Source: a virus. Taken from it: a stretch of 64,000 nucleotides of DNA. The notes below the pieces were generated by a model that was not told the origin of the DNA, searched no databases, and saw only the letters and a program-made list of their open reading frames with translations. Below, in pieces: positions 49,628 to 59,995 of this stretch. The translations under genes were made by a program, and so were the position numbers. The stretch spans positions 32,428-96,427 of IMG/VR virus record IMGVR_UViG_3300032288_001804; one strand, given 5' to 3'. Numbering within the stretch: position 1 is the first letter of the stretch; every line of letters starts with the position of its first letter.

Positions 49628-49777
49628 CTATTTCTTTTTAGCAGTCTTAGCAGACTGGATAAAATCTTTTTTGCTAGGAGCACCCTTTGCCCCTGGCTTA
49701 CGCATCTTCTCACCAGAGCCGGCAGCTATGCGAGCTCTTTTAGCATGAATGTTAGCGTATAATCCTTGCTTTGCCAT
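49628..49777 (-). CDS. 49-aa basic microprotein
   Basis: Hand translation MAKQGLYANIHAKRARIAAGSGEKMRKPGAKGAPSKKDFIQSAKTAKKK. Tightly tiled with its neighbours. Confidence 0.75.
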   Translation of the reverse strand: MAKQGLYANIHAKRARIAAGSGEKMRKPGAKGAPSKKDFIQSAKTAKKK

Positions 49778-49778
49778 A

Positions 49779-49919
49779 CTATTTATTTTTAGCCATTTTT
49801 TTAAATGTCATTGCTAATGCTTTCCGTTTAGGAGTGCATGTAGCTTTAGTCATAGGTGTACAGTAACCTTTATGTTTAGGATTAACAGCTTTTTGAATCC
49901 ACTTTTTATCTTTAGCCAT
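49779..49919 (-). CDS. 46-aa basic microprotein
   Basis: Hand translation MAKDKKWIQKAVNPKHKGYCTPMTKATCTPKRKALAMTFKKMAKNK. Confidence 0.7.
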   Translation of the reverse strand: MAKDKKWIQKAVNPKHKGYCTPMTKATCTPKRKALAMTFKKMAKNK

Positions 49920-49924
49920 AAAGA

Positions 49925-50050
49925 TTATTTTTTACAACCACAACCAGATTTCTTGGAAGCCGTAGCACCACCTTTTTTATAGGTGGTACCATTGGGCTTA
50001 CCATATGAAATCATTTTCTTTTTTTGTTCAGGCGTTAATAAAGGGTTCAT
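49925..50050 (-). CDS. 41-aa basic microprotein
   Basis: Hand translation MNPLLTPEQKKKMISYGKPNGTTYKKGGATASKKSGCGCKK. ATGA overlap with the upstream ORF. Confidence 0.6.
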   Translation of the reverse strand: MNPLLTPEQKKKMISYGKPNGTTYKKGGATASKKSGCGCKK

Positions 50051-50232
50051 CCTTTACGCTTTGGGCTTACTTCAGCAGATTTATTACCACCACCTGAGCG
50101 ACCTTTAGCTACACGCTGAACTTGTGCAGAAGCGTTTCCGCCACCAACACGTCCACCAGGAGTTTTTTGTACCATAACGGAAGCATTAGGATTTTTAACA
50201 CCACCTGTCATCATTTTTTTAACCTTTTTCAT
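50047..50232 (-). CDS. 61-aa basic Gly-rich protein with internal repeats
   Basis: MKKVKKMMTGG…, with three imperfect (GG)N-x-S-x-x-V repeats. Confidence 0.65.
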   Translation of the reverse strand: MKKVKKMMTGGVKNPNASVMVQKTPGGRVGGGNASAQVQRVAKGRSGGGNKSAEVSPKRKG

Positions 50233-50257
50233 TTTAGTATGTTTAATATAAAGATAA

Positions 50258-51277
50258 TTACATATTCCAATACTTCTCCACTTTTTTAGAAATTTGTACT
50301 AAAACATCTTCATTAAGTGGGTTTTTAAAGAACTCTACAATCTCAGCTTGGTTTCTTCCTAGCATTGTATTAGTATCTTTAGTGTATATAATTCCATCTG
50401 TTTTTGCAACAATAAACTTATAATAAGTAGCATCCTTCACAATCGCTTTAAGCTTAAGTGTTTCCATGTCAGCGTTTGCAGCATCTAAGAATGTTTGCGC
50501 AGCACGTATAGGATTTCTTTCCGTGCTTTCTCCATTAATAAAGTTATCCATAATATCGTAAATGATATCATTAGGGGTAGACTTTTTATACTGGGCACTT
50601 GCAATATCCACAACTTTTGCAACATAAAACAACTTATTAGTGTTCTTATCATAAAGTTTTTGCAATTCAGCAAGAGCTTTGTTACGAAGCTTTTTAACCT
50701 CAGTTTTAGTTGAAGCTGTTTCTTCATACTTGTCTAAATAAAAACGTGCGTTCTTATTCATTTTTAATTTAGCATCATCATAGCTTTTTGCTACAATACT
50801 AAATCCTCCGGCGTTAATTGCGTAAAGCTTGATAAGATCATAAGAATCTTTTTCAGGCTCTAAAAATACGGGGTCGTTACCACAACGTATTGTTATTTTA
50901 TTCCAGAACTCATCATTGTCTGGACGTAATAATTTAACTTTATTCCAGAAATCAGGATCTTCTGGACTTATAACATTTGCAGCTAATTCTTTTTCAAGCT
51001 CAGATACAACTGTTCTAATTTCTTTAATCTTTGCTTCACGCTCTTCAGGATCAGCAATTTTTTTAATCTCAGGAGCAAATTCATTAAGTCCTGTTAAGTA
51101 ACGTTTTACACCGTTATTCTCAAGACATGCTAACTGCTCTTCATGGGATACCCCTTCAAAAAGGGTTAAGCCATATTTCTCAAGACCCATATTTGAGTTT
51201 TGATTGTTAAAATAAGGTCTAATTGCAATAGGACCTTTCTTAAGGTGTGCCACCTTTTCTACTAAAGTAAAGCTCAT
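50258..51277 (-). CDS. Conserved crAss-like protein downstream of the MCP (function unknown)
   Basis: 339-aa ORF directly after the MCP, as in the crAss core gene block. Confidence 0.6.
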   Translation of the reverse strand: MSFTLVEKVAHLKKGPIAIRPYFNNQNSNMGLEKYGLTLFEGVSHEEQLACLENNGVKRYLTGLNEFAPEIKKIADPEEREAKIKEIRTVVSELEKELAANVISPEDPDFWNKVKLLRPDNDEFWNKITIRCGNDPVFLEPEKDSYDLIKLYAINAGGFSIVAKSYDDAKLKMNKNARFYLDKYEETASTKTEVKKLRNKALAELQKLYDKNTNKLFYVAKVVDIASAQYKKSTPNDIIYDIMDNFINGESTERNPIRAAQTFLDAANADMETLKLKAIVKDATYYKFIVAKTDGIIYTKDTNTMLGRNQAEIVEFFKNPLNEDVLVQISKKVEKYWNM

Positions 51278-51317
51278 AACTTGTTGGTTTTATTTTATTG
51301 GTTTTTGTAAAGGTAGT

Positions 51318-51346
51318 AAAAAGGGGGAGGCTTTCAACTCTCCCCC
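51318..51346 (-). terminator. Terminator after the major capsid gene
   Basis: GGGGGAG…CUCCCCC followed by UUUUU on the minus strand. Confidence 0.8.
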
Positions 51347-51366
51347 AGTTTACATATATTCTAAGA

Positions 51367-53004
51367 TTAGAATGATCCGCCAGTGATTGGGTTACGCATA
51401 ACAATCTTTAATACTTTGGTTGGGTCTTTAACCCAGATCGCAGGCATTGTTTGAGTCATGAATACGCGGTATCCATTGAATTGTCCAGAGCTTTGGAAAC
51501 CTTGGGTACGTCCCATGTAATCCATAGTTCCGTTTTGGTACCACCACTTCAATTGATTATCCCAAGATAACTTCAACAAGAAGATGTTGTCATTAGTGTT
51601 ATCTGTGATATCAAAGATAATGAAGCTATAAGAAGACAATGGGAAACCATCAATGATTGGGTTTTCAATGTCATTGGTGTGTAGGTTATCAAACGCTGGG
51701 TTCAACACAAACTTCACGTTAGCCAAGAATGGAATAACATAAGAAGTAAATGCAAATCCGTAGTTCAAGTCCATACCTTTACCAGTGATTGCTCCAATAC
51801 CATTGTTTTCAGCAGCTTGGATCAACAATCCTGAAGCCATAGCTTCACGCTTGATTGCTTCGTTAACCATGCGCATACCGCCCATACCGGTTTGTACAAT
51901 CAATTGACGCTTAGGATCTGGACCTTGGAACTCAACCTTACCAGCATAGAAGTTGTAAAGCTCAGAGCGGAACAAGTCAAGGTTGAAGTTAGACTTGTTA
52001 TAGATACGCTTGAATGAGTTATCCAATTGCTTCCAAAGACCCACAGATAAACGGATATCATCTGGACCATCTTGACGTACACGTCCACCTTGTCCCCACA
52101 TTAAGTAGGTCTCGATGTCATTAGCTACTTTAGTCAAGTGAGCTGCTTCCATTGTAGTCATGAAGGTACGAGACAATGAACCATTACCCATTGCACGCTT
52201 AACATAATCCTTACCCATGCGAGATACCATAGTATCTAGGTTAGCAATAGATGGATCAATGTTCTTGTCAAAGTTACGCCAGATTTCTACTACTGGTACA
52301 GTACCATCTGCATTCATACCACCCTTGATCATAAGATCCGCGCGAGATGAAATAGAATAGTGTACGTGTGCCTCAGCTCCTCCTACAAAGTTGTAGAACT
52401 CGCGGAAACCTGTTGCAGTAACGATGTCTGAGAAACGCTCTCCATACTCGCCACGTGCAGAACCTTTACGGAAGATTTTAGTACCAGGTGCAAGGATAGA
52501 AGTATCCAAACCATAACTATTATCATTGTTTACTAATTGTACGGTGTAAACAAAACCGTCACCTACTGGAACAATATCATCAGCAGTGATGTACATTTCA
52601 GCACCGTTGTACTTGTCATAAGTGATGATATCACCATGTCCAAATTCACGACGTGAAATTTTGATTTGGAAAGTTGTACCATCAGCACCAAGTGTTAATG
52701 ATTCACCTTCATCAGTAGTTAAAACTTCGTCAACAATGTAAGGAAGATCCATTACAATTGGCGTTTGCCATTTGTACTCTCCACGAGCATTATCAACATT
52801 AATTACGTTCTTTCCACCAAAGCTAGACATTTGGTACAAAGGCATTTCTACCTTTTGTGCCATTGCCCAAAGATCTACTGGTCCTAAATCCATAGGTTCA
52901 GCATTCTTGAGCATGTTAACCAAGTGGTAAGAATCTACGTGTGAACTAGCTGCGTAGTTGGTATCGCGTAGAAATATACCATTGTTTAAAACTGGAGTTG
53001 CCAT
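51367..53004 (-). CDS. Major capsid protein (crAss-like)
   Basis: 545 aa. Order portal, acidic protein, this gene. IETYLMWG…GLWKQL motif and a strong downstream terminator. Confidence 0.85.
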   Translation of the reverse strand: MATPVLNNGIFLRDTNYAASSHVDSYHLVNMLKNAEPMDLGPVDLWAMAQKVEMPLYQMSSFGGKNVINVDNARGEYKWQTPIVMDLPYIVDEVLTTDEGESLTLGADGTTFQIKISRREFGHGDIITYDKYNGAEMYITADDIVPVGDGFVYTVQLVNNDNSYGLDTSILAPGTKIFRKGSARGEYGERFSDIVTATGFREFYNFVGGAEAHVHYSISSRADLMIKGGMNADGTVPVVEIWRNFDKNIDPSIANLDTMVSRMGKDYVKRAMGNGSLSRTFMTTMEAAHLTKVANDIETYLMWGQGGRVRQDGPDDIRLSVGLWKQLDNSFKRIYNKSNFNLDLFRSELYNFYAGKVEFQGPDPKRQLIVQTGMGGMRMVNEAIKREAMASGLLIQAAENNGIGAITGKGMDLNYGFAFTSYVIPFLANVKFVLNPAFDNLHTNDIENPIIDGFPLSSYSFIIFDITDNTNDNIFLLKLSWDNQLKWWYQNGTMDYMGRTQGFQSSGQFNGYRVFMTQTMPAIWVKDPTKVLKIVMRNPITGGSF

Positions 53005-53030
53005 GTTTTTTTTGTTTATTTAAGGGTTAA

Positions 53031-54233
53031 TTATCGTTTAAAAAAGCTATCGTTTCTAGGAATACGGCGTTGTACTTTCTCCTCGCTTTCAACTACTGGA
53101 GAACTTACAGTGCGTCGTGCTTCCTCAGTTTTCAATTGGCGCACAGTTTTTTCAACTTGTGCTTGTTTACCTTGATCTTTAATTCTTGCTTTATAACCAT
53201 CTGGGTCAGAAAGCAACCATAAAGCCTCAGCAATTAAATCATGTCTTGGTTCAACATATTGGTATTTCTCCAATAAGTGTCCTAACATGTTAGTTGGTTT
53301 ACCTGAAATAGAAGGGTAGTTAGGTTGAACAAGACCAGCGTATAACATACCTTGTGTCTTTTTATCTAACTTCATTCCACCAAGATCACCATTCTTTAAC
53401 GTTTCATATACATTGTGCATGTATTGTTGAGCTGCAGCTTGCTGTTGTTTTTTCATATGCTCTTGTTGAGCAAGTTTTTGAGCAACAACAGATTCTTGCA
53501 TCTTATCCAACTTTGGCTTAAACTTAAGAGCTTTTGACTCTAGGTCTCCGCGATCACGCCATTGATCAATTTCTTCTTCAATCTCGTCTTCATTACCAAA
53601 GTTGGTAGCTCTTAAATATTCACGTACTATATATTCTTGATCATTTTTATCTCTAGGATCAAGTTGACGATGTTCTTCAACTTCCGCCAAAATTCTAAAT
53701 AGTCCGCGAAGATCTTCTCCACCATCTGCTACATATTTAGCAGCGGCTTGCAACTCTTCAGGTAGTGCTTCAAAAAATTCACGAGGTGTATCCTGGCGAA
53801 CTTTATTTTCACGCTCACTAAAGTTTGCTTCAAGAAGCTCTTCAAAATCTTTTAGTGTATACTCTTCAATTGGCTTATCATCATCAAAAGGTACAATTTG
53901 TCCTTTGTCAATAAGCTTTTTTACAAGCTCCGCTGTACCACTTTTATCTAACTTAGGACGACCTGTAGCTTTAGGTGCTTCAATATCTTCTTCATCATTA
54001 AGTGGTTCATCTAAAAGATTATCTACTTCTGTTTTAGAAATAGGTTTTTCTTTTTCTTCATCATCCTCCTCATTAGGAGTGTCAAGGAACGAGGTGTCAA
54101 CTTTGGGATCCGTGAACACCGACGGCTTTTTTTCTTCAGGAAGCATGATATTATCAGCTCCTGGAATTCCCAATAATTCATCGAGGTTAACTTCAACTTG
54201 TGAAACCTCTGTAGTTTCTTTTTCTGTAGACAT
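53031..54233 (-). CDS. Acidic scaffold-like protein
   Basis: Highly acidic N-terminus and coiled coils, located between portal and MCP. Confidence 0.65.
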   Translation of the reverse strand: MSTEKETTEVSQVEVNLDELLGIPGADNIMLPEEKKPSVFTDPKVDTSFLDTPNEEDDEEKEKPISKTEVDNLLDEPLNDEEDIEAPKATGRPKLDKSGTAELVKKLIDKGQIVPFDDDKPIEEYTLKDFEELLEANFSERENKVRQDTPREFFEALPEELQAAAKYVADGGEDLRGLFRILAEVEEHRQLDPRDKNDQEYIVREYLRATNFGNEDEIEEEIDQWRDRGDLESKALKFKPKLDKMQESVVAQKLAQQEHMKKQQQAAAQQYMHNVYETLKNGDLGGMKLDKKTQGMLYAGLVQPNYPSISGKPTNMLGHLLEKYQYVEPRHDLIAEALWLLSDPDGYKARIKDQGKQAQVEKTVRQLKTEEARRTVSSPVVESEEKVQRRIPRNDSFFKR

Positions 54234-54344
54234 GTTTGTTGGTTTTAGTATTAATGTCCTATTAACAATATAGGCAAATCTATTTAAATAAATTTAATAA
54301 GTTTTAATGTTGCAAAAAAAATTCGGCATTAGATAGCTATACCC

Positions 54345-57101
54345 TTATTTTTTCTTCTTTTCAGTGTTCTTTTTTTGCGCATCAAACTTGTTTTTATTCT
54401 CCATTGCAATAGCTAATTGGTTATCTGAGATCTGCTTTTGCACAGCTAATTTTTCACGTTCAAGATCCATTTTAGCCGCTTCATTTCTTACACGATTCCC
54501 TTCCTTCTCACGCTGTAACCCCATTGCTTGCTGGTATTCTTCACCTTTTTGAATTTTCTCAAGCATATCAGCATAGTCACTTTGCATGTTTTGATTTAAA
54601 TCTTGCATAGCTCCATAACCTGCAGATCTAATCTCAGCCTCAACAATTCTAGCTTCACGATCTTTTTGATTCTCACTAGCCTCAAATTCCATCTTCATCT
54701 TCTGCTCTTGTTGCTTAGCCTGGATCATTTGCTCTTGCATTTGTTGTTGTTGCTGCATTTCCTGTTGTCTTTGTTGCTCCATGCGCTCATCAGACTTCTT
54801 AAGAATTTGATCAACTTCAGCAATAGACTCAGCTTTCATGATGTTACCTAGATCATAGATACTAGCACCTGAAGTATTATTCTGAATAGCTAATTGTTTA
54901 AGTTGTTCAAGAACAGCTCTATGATTAGCCTTAGTAGTACAGAAAACATTAAGATCTCTTAATAGTAGATCTGTACCATTCATCTCAAAGTTCTTTGTTT
55001 CTTCGGTATTAGTGATATATCTAAGACGCAGTGACGGCTTAGTAGAATGGTAATGCTGGGCCAAGTCAGTGCGCATCTGGTGTACACGTGGCATCAAGTA
55101 ATCCGAGTGCTGTACAAATAGCATTTCAGTTTGTGCATAAGATCCTGATACAGCTTGCTCAACACCTGTTGCTGTATTAGTTTGTCCAATTTGCTGACCC
55201 ATACGCTGTGGTGTAATACCAATTACCTCAAAGGCTTGTTGCTTAAAGTAATTAGCCAACTGGATACGAGTCATTAAACGGTTACTTTGCTCAAGATCAA
55301 GCTTTTGATAATGTTGAAAAGCAAGTGGGTTTTCAGTATTAGTAATAGAAGTATCCAATGGTAACATCTGGAAGTTCTTCATTGCTACATACGCCTTGGC
55401 TAAGTTATTCTTTCCCCAATCTTCTCCTAATGAGTGACGAGGTAAAGAGTTTTGGTCTAACAAGATTACAGTACCAAGTTCATCTACAAGGATATCCGCA
55501 ATCTGGTTATTAACAATATTATATCCAATTTGGTAAGGCTTCATTAAGTCTACAAGAGCTACAGATCTTGTATTACGGTCTGAGAACACGGAGCCTTCCA
55601 CAGGTAACTTGCAACCATACAATGAATTATCACCCTTGAATTGGAATTTCATAGGTGCAATATTGTTTTGGTTCATTCCTAAATATATTGGATTAATACC
55701 TCCAGGAGATTTAGTTCCCCAGAATGATGGGTGATGTGGACCAATCTTAACTCCACCCCATACCTCATTAATCCAAATCCAATCTATATGCTCACCAAAT
55801 ACTAAGTTATCCTTAGTTTTATTTTTAACAAGGCGTGTATTATAAATAGGTTTATCTACAACTTTATAGTCTTCAGTTACAATATCTTGTTGCACTGTAC
55901 CATCATCATAAATTTTAGTAAGGTGTCCTATTTTACGTTGAGACTTCCAATATGCTGTAGTAACACGTAATAAGTTAACTTGTCCAAAATCAAAAAAGTC
56001 TTCTGTATCACGCATGATCCAGTTAACAATATCACCACCAACTAATGTGTTATCCCACATAGAAGTGTATTGGCGATATCCTAAGGATGGCATTTGTGTA
56101 TTCCAGTCGTGAGTCTTAGTACCATCATAGTAGCTACCATCATTTTGATAACCTTGAATAGGATAACCTGCAGAGCGCACTGGATAAATAGCCTCAAGAC
56201 TTTCTAGTTGCTCTTGTGTCATTAACCAGCCATAAGCATCAATAACATCAGCTACAGTCATCATATCAAATTTACCTACCCAGCTAGCATCTGACATATA
56301 GCGGATCTCAGGTGACTTATGATAAAATGTAAGAATAGGATTCCATAACTCAATTTGGTAATCATCTTCCATCATCTTAAAATGCCAAAATTCGCGGTCT
56401 GTAATAAGCATATCACGGAATCCGCGTTCTTCTAGCTCATCCATTTTAAATCTTTCGGTATCAACTTGAAGCTGGTGCTCAGCCCACTGCTCTACCATTG
56501 ACTTATATGTCTTACTAAAATAACTTTCAATTTGAGGCAATGACTTAATACTTTCAGGAGCCATTGCTTGTTGATATTGTTCGCTATCTTCAGCAAGTCC
56601 CATTTGAGATAATGTTAATCTCATTTGCTCCTCAGCGTCAGCAATAATTGCTTTTTCTAACTCAGCACGCTTAAGCTCTAACATCTCATTATAAGATGTT
56701 TCATCAACTCCTCTAAATGTAACACGAGTATTGCGTTTTGCAAACTCTGCTACAAGTGTATTAATTACATTAGGAATAATAGGATAAAACTTAAGCTCTA
56801 ATGCACTTACATCCTCTTTAGTTAAAGTTTCAATAAGGTCTGCATACTCATTATCTTCTTCTACAATGTAGTCACTCTTATCTATAATACCTTTTGCAAG
56901 CTTATAGTTCTTTAAGAAACGACGTGCATTTCTACGTACTACACGTAAGCCTTGCCATTCTAGCCAGTCTAGGTTCCAGTTAGCCCAGTCTTTATCTTTT
57001 TTATCTTTAGGTAAAAACTGGATGGGCTGATTAAGAGTACCCATTTTGTTGTACTCAACCTTGGCTCCCGCCTTTACCTGCATGGCATTATATATTTCCA
57101 T
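54345..57101 (-). CDS. Portal protein
   Basis: 918 aa directly after the terminase. YPIIPNVINTL, LVDLMKPYQ..YNIV, GITPQRMG motifs and a Gln-rich C-terminal coiled coil. Confidence 0.88.
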   Translation of the reverse strand: MEIYNAMQVKAGAKVEYNKMGTLNQPIQFLPKDKKDKDWANWNLDWLEWQGLRVVRRNARRFLKNYKLAKGIIDKSDYIVEEDNEYADLIETLTKEDVSALELKFYPIIPNVINTLVAEFAKRNTRVTFRGVDETSYNEMLELKRAELEKAIIADAEEQMRLTLSQMGLAEDSEQYQQAMAPESIKSLPQIESYFSKTYKSMVEQWAEHQLQVDTERFKMDELEERGFRDMLITDREFWHFKMMEDDYQIELWNPILTFYHKSPEIRYMSDASWVGKFDMMTVADVIDAYGWLMTQEQLESLEAIYPVRSAGYPIQGYQNDGSYYDGTKTHDWNTQMPSLGYRQYTSMWDNTLVGGDIVNWIMRDTEDFFDFGQVNLLRVTTAYWKSQRKIGHLTKIYDDGTVQQDIVTEDYKVVDKPIYNTRLVKNKTKDNLVFGEHIDWIWINEVWGGVKIGPHHPSFWGTKSPGGINPIYLGMNQNNIAPMKFQFKGDNSLYGCKLPVEGSVFSDRNTRSVALVDLMKPYQIGYNIVNNQIADILVDELGTVILLDQNSLPRHSLGEDWGKNNLAKAYVAMKNFQMLPLDTSITNTENPLAFQHYQKLDLEQSNRLMTRIQLANYFKQQAFEVIGITPQRMGQQIGQTNTATGVEQAVSGSYAQTEMLFVQHSDYLMPRVHQMRTDLAQHYHSTKPSLRLRYITNTEETKNFEMNGTDLLLRDLNVFCTTKANHRAVLEQLKQLAIQNNTSGASIYDLGNIMKAESIAEVDQILKKSDERMEQQRQQEMQQQQQMQEQMIQAKQQEQKMKMEFEASENQKDREARIVEAEIRSAGYGAMQDLNQNMQSDYADMLEKIQKGEEYQQAMGLQREKEGNRVRNEAAKMDLEREKLAVQKQISDNQLAIAMENKNKFDAQKKNTEKKKK

Positions 57102-57104
57102 AGC

Positions 57105-59318
57105 TTATCTTAAGTTTTTAAATGCTTGTCTTGGTAATTTCATACCATTAAAAGTATGGCCCCCACCGCCAATGTGACGAAAAGGGCTCTTATTTAATTT
57201 ACTGAATTTATTAGAGTTATCCAAGTTTTTTGCTAGTCCAGTTTCCTCATAGCGCTTTTTATAACCCCTATTTGCTTGTTGCACTTTAGCAAAAGCAATT
57301 AATGCTGCAAATGATACAAGTCTATCCACGTTAACTCCATCACGATATGCCATCATCTCTTTCATCAACATGATATCTGGTATACGCTCTATACCGTAAG
57401 TTGTTTTAACAACTTTACCATCATCTGTAGTTTCTTGATGAAGCTCCTCTCTTATGAATTCAATAGCATAACTTATCATATGACTCTTAAATAAAGTCCC
57501 GGTATTACGCCATCCATATTCCTGAAACACATTAGCATTAGCACCAATATCTTTTAAAAATAATATTTGACTTCGTGGTACAAGATAGCGCTGTTTTTTT
57601 CTATGAATCATGTGTTGAATAAATAAACTAATATTGTTTTCAACAATTGTCCAGGCATTATACCACTCAACAATCATCTCTAGACGCTCGTGAGTTTTAG
57701 CTATATCGTCAAAGCGGCCACACCAAGCAGCTACTATTTTATCGTTTTCAATAAAAGTTTCTACTTTTTCACCATCATTACGGGTTACCTCAACTGCTGT
57801 TTTATAAACATAAATAGAGCACAATGATTCTGAGGTGGTAGTTTTTCCTTCACCTACGGGGTCAATACTTGCATAGTACATCCCAAATTCAGGATCCTTG
57901 CAAGGTCTTTCCCATACTACTAAAGTACCGGTTTTATCCTCAGTATTTTTAGTAATAGGAAATTCTATAATAGGCAACTTATTAGTTTCTCGTGTAGCTA
58001 CCTGACCCTTTTCATCCCTATAGATATCTAAAAATTCATAGGGATACATTTTATCTTCTATTCTTCTTATCTGAGAAGTAACTAAGTGACCTGGGAATAC
58101 TGATACAGTTCTAAAGTCAAATGCTTCTTTGATATTTCTAGGGTGCTGGGATATACGAAGTTGGTATTCTTGCGGATCTAATTCTTTTTTCCAAGTAGCA
58201 AACTGCTCATCTAATGCCTTTAATGCTTCTTCCACTTTAGAATTACCATACTCATCAATAAACGGTGGCATTGACCATTGCTCAGGAATAAATAAACCTG
58301 TTTTACCTATTTGGCCAGTTTCATCTATTAAGTTAGACTCTACTGAGTATATATCATTCGCATCCGGGCGCGTAATCATTTTCTTTAAAGGTTCACACTG
58401 AGACAAGTCACCCACAGATCCTGCAGCAATGAACATACCTGTAGTCATAAAACCTGATTTCATAGCAGGTCGGATATACTCAAAGGTTGTATCCATCTTA
58501 GGAGCAATACCAGCTTCCTCATGGAAAAAGTATTTACAAGGTCCCCCTACCCCGTTAGTCGGATCTTTTTCAAAGGACATCCCTTGCATTACGCCTTTGA
58601 GACCTACTTCCGATTTACGCTTGCTTAGTGGATCTACAGTTTCAATTTTCTGCTGCCACATCATAACCTTATTAGGGTTCATAGGGCGGTACCATGCTGT
58701 ATGTTTATTTAAGAAAGCCTCGTATTCATTTAAGAATTTCCAAGTACCTTTCTCATTGATATAGTCTTTAAGGCTAGCACCCATCTTAAGAGTAATACCT
58801 TCCTCAAACCATATTTGATTAATAAGTTTACCGGCGTGAAAATAGCTAGATGCAATTTGACGTTTCTTTAATATTGCAGAATGTTTATAGTTTAATTCTG
58901 CAAGTATCTCATATAGCGCCATGTGATATTGTGCATCACGTACATCAGCAAAACCAAACCTTTGAGTCTCCTTATTAAATATAGGTAGGAAGTTTAGCCA
59001 CATGTAGTAGTCACGGGGTATGTACCACGCATTACCATTATTTTTATAAATAGCACCTACCTTACATTTATTCTTTTGGTCATTCCAATAAATAATAAAG
59101 TCTTTAGTTCCTTGAGGCGCTTTACAGTAAAATCCAATGTCATTAAATATCCTAGCTTGTTCATTGAACATTTTGCTGACCTCATCAAAATGGTATTGAC
59201 CAGGCTCCTTAAATATACCCTCTACAAATTCCTTAAAATCATTACGAGTAGGAAAAGTAGTCACTGACCATTCTCCATTTTCCCATGTAGGAATTTCTAT
59301 GTTATATTCTTTTAGCAT
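57105..59318 (-). CDS. terL: Terminase large subunit
   Basis: Walker A-like LKKRQIASSY, Walker B FFHEEAG, RNase H-like ASIDPV…IVENN…VDRL. Confidence 0.92.
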   Translation of the reverse strand: MLKEYNIEIPTWENGEWSVTTFPTRNDFKEFVEGIFKEPGQYHFDEVSKMFNEQARIFNDIGFYCKAPQGTKDFIIYWNDQKNKCKVGAIYKNNGNAWYIPRDYYMWLNFLPIFNKETQRFGFADVRDAQYHMALYEILAELNYKHSAILKKRQIASSYFHAGKLINQIWFEEGITLKMGASLKDYINEKGTWKFLNEYEAFLNKHTAWYRPMNPNKVMMWQQKIETVDPLSKRKSEVGLKGVMQGMSFEKDPTNGVGGPCKYFFHEEAGIAPKMDTTFEYIRPAMKSGFMTTGMFIAAGSVGDLSQCEPLKKMITRPDANDIYSVESNLIDETGQIGKTGLFIPEQWSMPPFIDEYGNSKVEEALKALDEQFATWKKELDPQEYQLRISQHPRNIKEAFDFRTVSVFPGHLVTSQIRRIEDKMYPYEFLDIYRDEKGQVATRETNKLPIIEFPITKNTEDKTGTLVVWERPCKDPEFGMYYASIDPVGEGKTTTSESLCSIYVYKTAVEVTRNDGEKVETFIENDKIVAAWCGRFDDIAKTHERLEMIVEWYNAWTIVENNISLFIQHMIHRKKQRYLVPRSQILFLKDIGANANVFQEYGWRNTGTLFKSHMISYAIEFIREELHQETTDDGKVVKTTYGIERIPDIMLMKEMMAYRDGVNVDRLVSFAALIAFAKVQQANRGYKKRYEETGLAKNLDNSNKFSKLNKSPFRHIGGGGHTFNGMKLPRQAFKNLR

Positions 59319-59484
59319 GCTTCTTTTTTAGACTATGTAATAAGTCTTTTAGTTCTTTAAAACCTCTAGGTTTTGCTTGCCCATTAAGATAAGATTCAAC
59401 ATCCTCTCTACGGACCGCATACCATTTTTCTTGAAAGATGTTATAGTGTAACAAGTAATCATAAAGATAATCACATTTGGTCAT
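59302..59484 (-). CDS. 60-aa hypothetical protein (start revised to MTKCDY…)
   Basis: ATG at 59484 lies near the upstream stop. The longer start is a shadow of the 59471 ORF. Confidence 0.55.
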   Translation of the reverse strand: MTKCDYLYDYLLHYNIFQEKWYAVRREDVESYLNGQAKPRGFKELKDLLHSLKKKHAKRI

Positions 59485-59995
59485 ATGCAAGCCCCGCCCC
59501 GCCTCGAGCACGGCTCGCCTGCTCTTCCTGGAGGTCTTTGTACGCGCCTTTGTAGGCTTCGCGGATTTGCTGGAATTTTGCTGCTGTGTTTGTAAGCGCT
59601 GTGATGTTGCCGTCTCTTCCATCTGTGATACTTGTTGTGGCCATGTAGTTTGCTAAACGGTCAAGCATTTGCTTAATACCGTTATACGCCCTCATGGTCG
59701 GGGTTTCATATAATTGTTTACAAAGTTCTAATGCGCCTGGGATACCATCATCCTCAGAACTAAACTCTGCGTTTATCTCTGCTAATATAATCTCTTCTTT
59801 GTCATCTTCAGCAAGATTAAAAAAAGGATTTAAGTCTGGATTAGGACAAGTCATGTAAAATAAGTACTGATATATCTTTAGGTAATCTTCTGGATAATCA
59901 TCCATAATTTTCTTAAGGGTACTTATTGTATAACAATGCTCAGTAGGCACAATAACATTGTTTTGTATATCAAATAGTTTGACTATCATCTTCAA
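59471..59995 (-). CDS. Conserved protein upstream of terL; possible small terminase
   Basis: Helical 174 aa ending RARGG. The call rests on position only. Confidence 0.4.
   Translation of the reverse strand: MKMIVKLFDIQNNVIVPTEHCYTISTLKKIMDDYPEDYLKIYQYLFYMTCPNPDLNPFFNLAEDDKEEIILAEINAEFSSEDDGIPGALELCKQLYETPTMRAYNGIKQMLDRLANYMATTSITDGRDGNITALTNTAAKFQQIREAYKGAYKDLQEEQASRARGGAGLAYDQM

Noticed and set aside
23694-52088. Short alternative-frame minus-strand ORFs (e.g. 23694, 25635, 26370, 29381, 36125, 36923, 39491, 50485, 51900)
   Set aside because: Nested within larger genes, with no motifs or separate initiation signals.
51367-59318. Introns or inteins in MCP, portal or terminase (also checked in RNAP)
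   Set aside because: ORFs are uninterrupted, with no intein-terminal or homing-endonuclease motifs recognised.
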